Of a stretch of DNA of 64,000 nucleotides, positions 60,992 through 64,000 are shown piece after piece. Source of the stretch: Deltaproteobacteria bacterium (GTDB lineage: Bacteria > Desulfobacterota > Desulfomonilia > Desulfomonilales > Desulfomonilaceae); NCBI GenBank assembly GCA_026388625.1, contig JAPLJK010000023.1:28935-92934 (forward strand), in the 5' to 3' direction. The notes under the pieces are model-generated. The model was not told the origin of the DNA. It saw nothing but the letters and a program-made list of their open reading frames with translations, and searched no databases. Position 1 is the stretch's first letter. Each line of letters begins with the position of its first letter. The translations under genes were made by a program, and so were the position numbers.

Positions 60992-61004
60992 CCGGGAGTA
61001 ATTC

Positions 61005-61418
61005 ATGGCTGAAAAATTTAAGGTCGAACTCGTAACCCCCAAGGGGAAAGTGCTGGACAAGGAAGTGGAGGAGGTCATTGCTCCGGGAATTATGGGCGAA
61101 TTCGGGGTATTGATTGGCCATACCCCCATGCTGACCTTCATAAAACCAGGGATACTGTCATATCTGGAGAACGATACCTTCACAAGATTTGCTGTCGGGC
61201 CAGGTTTTTGCGAAGTCCTTAAAGACTCTATGACCGTTCTTGTGGAGGAAGCACACTCGGTGAATGAAATTGACGAATCTGAGGCTAACGCTGAGGTGTC
61301 TCACCTGGAGCAGGTTTTGGTTAATATCGATTCCGCTACAGATCCCTATGAGTACAAGAAAACATTTGACAGACTGAATACGGCAAGAGCTAAAGTTGCA
61401 CTCGTAACCAAGAGTTAA
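61005..61418 (+). CDS. atpC: F0F1 ATP synthase subunit epsilon
   Basis: LVTPKGKVLDKEVEEVIAPGIMGEFGVLIGHTPMLT, 137 aa. Confidence 0.9.
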   Translation: MAEKFKVELVTPKGKVLDKEVEEVIAPGIMGEFGVLIGHTPMLTFIKPGILSYLENDTFTRFAVGPGFCEVLKDSMTVLVEEAHSVNEIDESEANAEVSHLEQVLVNIDSATDPYEYKKTFDRLNTARAKVALVTKS

Positions 61419-61468
61419 CTCCCATACAATGAATCAGTAAACTCGAATCCGTTTCGAGCGAAGGTCTT

Positions 61469-61515
61469 GGTCTGGTCCGGGAATCCGGTCCTAGACCAGG
61501 GCCTTCTGCTTTTCT
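61469..61515 (+). terminator. Probable terminator of the atp operon
   Basis: An imperfect hairpin forms from GGTCTGGTCCGG, loop gaat, and CCGGTCCTAGACC (61469-61497). A T-rich tract (cttctgcttttctc) follows. A second small hairpin, CTCGAAtccgtTTCGAG, lies at 61442-61458. Confidence 0.45.
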
Positions 61516-61636
61516 CGCCAATAAATTGAGTCTTGCAGTTAAGATCTGAAGTCAGCCAAATTCACCAGACAGGAGATCAACAGTTTCCAGAAAAAGGTCG
61601 TCTATAGGGATTCTCAAAAGTCTTTTCGGTTAAGCT

Positions 61637-61704
61637 GGGAGCGCAGGCATCTTGCCTGCAAAAAATTCTGTAGCCCGCAGTGCAGGCTGGAAGCCTGCGC
61701 TCCC
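61637..61704. repeat. REP-like composite palindrome (inverted pair of a GGGAGCGCAGGC-N5-GCCTGC unit)
   Basis: GGGAGCGCAGGC (61637-61648) is the exact reverse complement of GCCTGCGCTCCC (61693-61704). Each arm also forms its own 6-bp hairpin: GCAGGCatcttGCCTGC (61643-61659) and GCAGGCtggaaGCCTGC (61682-61698). ORFs on both strands merely read through it. Confidence 0.6.
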
Positions 61705-61869
61705 GGGGGACGGATGTTGATGAGAGCGAGGGGCTCCCCTTTGGGAACTGGAAGCCTTCGCAGGGGGTAGGTATTCATGCAGATAAGTGGATATCAGAAC
61801 AACTAATGCCCTTTCAGGACTCACGGTGGTCTCCGGAATCTCATAACCGACCGTCGGCGTAGGTTAGCA

Positions 61870-62535
61870 GTGATGGAAGATCATGGTCCCGAGAACAAGT
61901 TTTTAGGAGCGGATGCACACTATTCGCAAGGGATCGATCTCGAAGCAGGGTTTAGACGCGCGCGCCTACTGGCGGCAAGAGGTGACAGCGAGGGTTGTCT
62001 GAACGTACTGGCTCAGTTGGAAGAAAAATATGTTCAGGGCGCCCAGATTTTTGATCTGTACGGTGAGGTACTGATCAGGCAAGGTAACCTGCTTGACGGC
62101 ATTCGTTATAAGACTGTTTACACCGTTTTGAAAGGCATATTTAGAAGTGTTAATGATGTGGCCGCCTGGCCGCTCCGGCATGATCCGGAAGGAAGTGCCG
62201 TCACTCGGCAAGAATCGGCCGAGTCGATAGAAGAGCGGAGGTGGGAGGCAGTCCCGCGCTACGAGCAGGGCAGGAAGAGCGAGGAATCTGACCTGTCGCC
62301 GACAACGGTTGTCCCTGTAACACTAGCCATGGGAAATGAATTCATGCGTCAGGGACATTTTGACCTCGCGTTAGGAATTTTTGATCAGCTTATGGATGAA
62401 CACCCGCAAGATGAATCACTGAGAGATCTTAGAGTAACGGCAGCAAAAAGGAATCGCGAGAAGCGCCTCCTGGCAATCCTTCAGCGGTGGCTGAAAAACA
62501 TTGAGCAGATGAAAACTGTTTATGAGATAGAATGA
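61870..62535 (+). CDS. Hypothetical helical (TPR-like) protein
   Basis: 221 aa and helical-repeat-like at both ends (ARGDSEGCLNVLAQLEEKY..., GHFDLALGIFDQLMDEHPQDESL). The stop overlaps the start of the M24 peptidase gene (ATGA). I recognise no family. Confidence 0.5.
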   Translation: MMEDHGPENKFLGADAHYSQGIDLEAGFRRARLLAARGDSEGCLNVLAQLEEKYVQGAQIFDLYGEVLIRQGNLLDGIRYKTVYTVLKGIFRSVNDVAAWPLRHDPEGSAVTRQESAESIEERRWEAVPRYEQGRKSEESDLSPTTVVPVTLAMGNEFMRQGHFDLALGIFDQLMDEHPQDESLRDLRVTAAKRNREKRLLAILQRWLKNIEQMKTVYEIE

Positions 62536-63623
62536 TGAACAATCGTCTCTTCTTACTACATGAGTTTTTGCAACGGAAAAATCTTGACGCAATTCTTCTC
62601 AATACCTCGGAATTCTTGCCATCGATCAATCTGAAATATTTTTCTGGTTTTACAGGTTCAGAAGCTACGATTCTGATAACTCCCACTGAACGCCATTTAT
62701 TCACTGACGGACGATACAAGATTCAAGCCAAACAGGAGGCCCGGGGCTTTCTCATCCATGTAGTCCGCCGGAAAATAGATGCAGTGGCGCGTGTAATGGA
62801 GGTCAGGAAGGTTAACCGTCTGGGAATAGAAGGATCTCGCATCAGCTACGACTTTGTGGCAACCCTGACGCGCAGACTCCCTAATATCCGGATCCTGCCC
62901 CTGGCCAGAAGGTTCACAGAGAATTTTAGACTTCGCAAAACGCCGGAGGAATTGGCAAACATCAGGAAAGCGGCTCATATTGCTTCGGTATCATGCCGCA
63001 AAGTTCTGGAATCAGGCGTATCGCTAAAGAGCGAGTCTCAGGTGGCCACGGAGTTGGAGACACTTTTCAGGCTTAATGGAGCGGACGGAGTGGCTTTTGA
63101 CACACTGGTGGCATCGGGGACACGCAGCGCTCTGCCACACGGAAAACCGTCCGCCAAGATTATCAGTAGGGGAGATCTCGTAATCGTGGATTATGGGTGC
63201 CGATGCGAAGGCTATAACAGCGATGAAACAGTCACTTGCATTACTGGCGGCATGCCTAGCTCCGAACAGAAAAGCGTTTATCAAGCCGTATACGAGGCGC
63301 ACATGCGTGCGATTGATAAAGTGAAGGTCGGGCTCAGGGTTCGCGAGTTGGACTATCTGGCTCGTCAGTCCATAGACAAGGCAGGATTCGCCAAGTACTT
63401 TTTACACGGCCTTGGCCATGGAATAGGAATGGAGGTGCATGAACCCCCATCTATATCGCAGCGTGGGAGAGGTGTGTTCGAAGAGGGCATGGTATTTACG
63501 ATTGAACCGGGAATCTATGTGGATGGAATAGGGGGCGTCCGACTGGAAAGCTTGGTTTATCTGTCTGAAAGCGGGCCGGAAGTTCTGTCTACGATGCCCA
63601 AGGAATTGATTTCAGTCAGTTGA
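62532..63623 (+). CDS. pepP: Xaa-Pro aminopeptidase/dipeptidase (M24B)
   Basis: Metal ligand motifs seen: [34 protein letters not shown] and GGVRLES. Confidence 0.85.
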   Translation: MMNNRLFLLHEFLQRKNLDAILLNTSEFLPSINLKYFSGFTGSEATILITPTERHLFTDGRYKIQAKQEARGFLIHVVRRKIDAVARVMEVRKVNRLGIEGSRISYDFVATLTRRLPNIRILPLARRFTENFRLRKTPEELANIRKAAHIASVSCRKVLESGVSLKSESQVATELETLFRLNGADGVAFDTLVASGTRSALPHGKPSAKIISRGDLVIVDYGCRCEGYNSDETVTCITGGMPSSEQKSVYQAVYEAHMRAIDKVKVGLRVRELDYLARQSIDKAGFAKYFLHGLGHGIGMEVHEPPSISQRGRGVFEEGMVFTIEPGIYVDGIGGVRLESLVYLSESGPEVLSTMPKELISVS

Positions 63624-63727
63624 CGGTGTTACGATACGCGGGTTCTAACTGCTGGAATCTCCAGATAATCGAATCTGCCTACTGGGCGGCTGCCACAATT
63701 TTGAAACAGAATCTGTTGGAGGAAGTT

Positions 63728-64000
63728 ATGTATTCGACTCCTGATTTTAGGAAGGGCCTCAAAATAGAGTTGAACGGAGAACCGTTCATCATGGTTGACT
63801 TTCTTCACGTAAAACCGGGCAAAGGAGGTGCTTTCGTCAGGACCACTTTGAAGAGTCTAATTACTGGAAATGTTATAGACAGAACCTTTCGGTCGGGTGA
63901 AAAAATTGATAAACCGGACCTCGAAGAGAAGCAGATGCAATATCTCTACGAGTCAGACGGTGAATTCCACTTCATGGACAGCGAAACCTATGAACAATTA
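63728..64000 (+). CDS. efp: Elongation factor P (5' part; continues beyond the window)
   Basis: [47 protein letters not shown]. The SD is GGAGGAAG, upstream of the ATG. Confidence 0.9.
   Translation, partial: MYSTPDFRKGLKIELNGEPFIMVDFLHVKPGKGGAFVRTTLKSLITGNVIDRTFRSGEKIDKPDLEEKQMQYLYESDGEFHFMDSETYEQL

Noticed and set aside
61630-61862. ORFs 61630..61824 (-) and 61680..61862 (+)
   Set aside because: Both are translations of the composite palindrome and its flanks. They have no SD and are mutually antisense.

Overview
This 64-kb chromosomal segment is mostly housekeeping. Gene content suggests a Desulfobacterota (deltaproteobacterial-type), possibly syntrophic, anaerobe. That inference rests on a DapL/DapF lysine route, an F-ATPase operon with b' and b but no a/c genes, a K+-independent H+-pyrophosphatase and a bamA/oah-type ring hydrolase.

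I count about 60 protein genes:
- Cell envelope and shape: mreB-mreC-mreD-mrdA-rodA-bactofilin, ddl, an amgK/murU-like pair, a D-Ala-D-Ala carboxypeptidase.
- Energy: atpF'FHAGDC, hppA.
- Central carbon: pfk, class II aldolase, alpha-glucan phosphorylase, a GalT-family enzyme.
- Biosynthesis: dapL, carA, dapF, folE2, queD/PTPS, purE, a stand-alone IMP-cyclohydrolase domain, ndk, a menA-like gene.
- Translation and RNA: rlmN, ychF, efp (partial).
- Peptidases: HtrA-like, M18, M24.
- Regulation: an ECF sigma/anti-sigma pair.

I found no rRNA, tRNA, CRISPR array, transposase or integrase.

The items most worth a second look:
1. Two exported proteins carry a strict Cys-x-Pro-Pro-x pentapeptide repeat and match no family I recognise (933-1448 and 5182-5508).
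2. A four-gene module holds an SCP-x thiolase, a DUF35 Zn-ribbon protein, a BamA/Oah-type ring-opening hydrolase and a Dch-like crotonase (19192-23223). It lacks the expected Had dehydrogenase and sits behind a 610-nt leader.
3. An fdhD gene is broken by three frame changes, next to a ModE-N-type regulator.
4. A purH gene is reduced to its IMP-cyclohydrolase half.
5. An orphan type-IV-pilin-like gene overlaps a membrane-protein gene.
6. Two REP-like GC-rich palindromes produce spurious ORFs.

All functional calls rest on motif recognition by eye. No database search was run.
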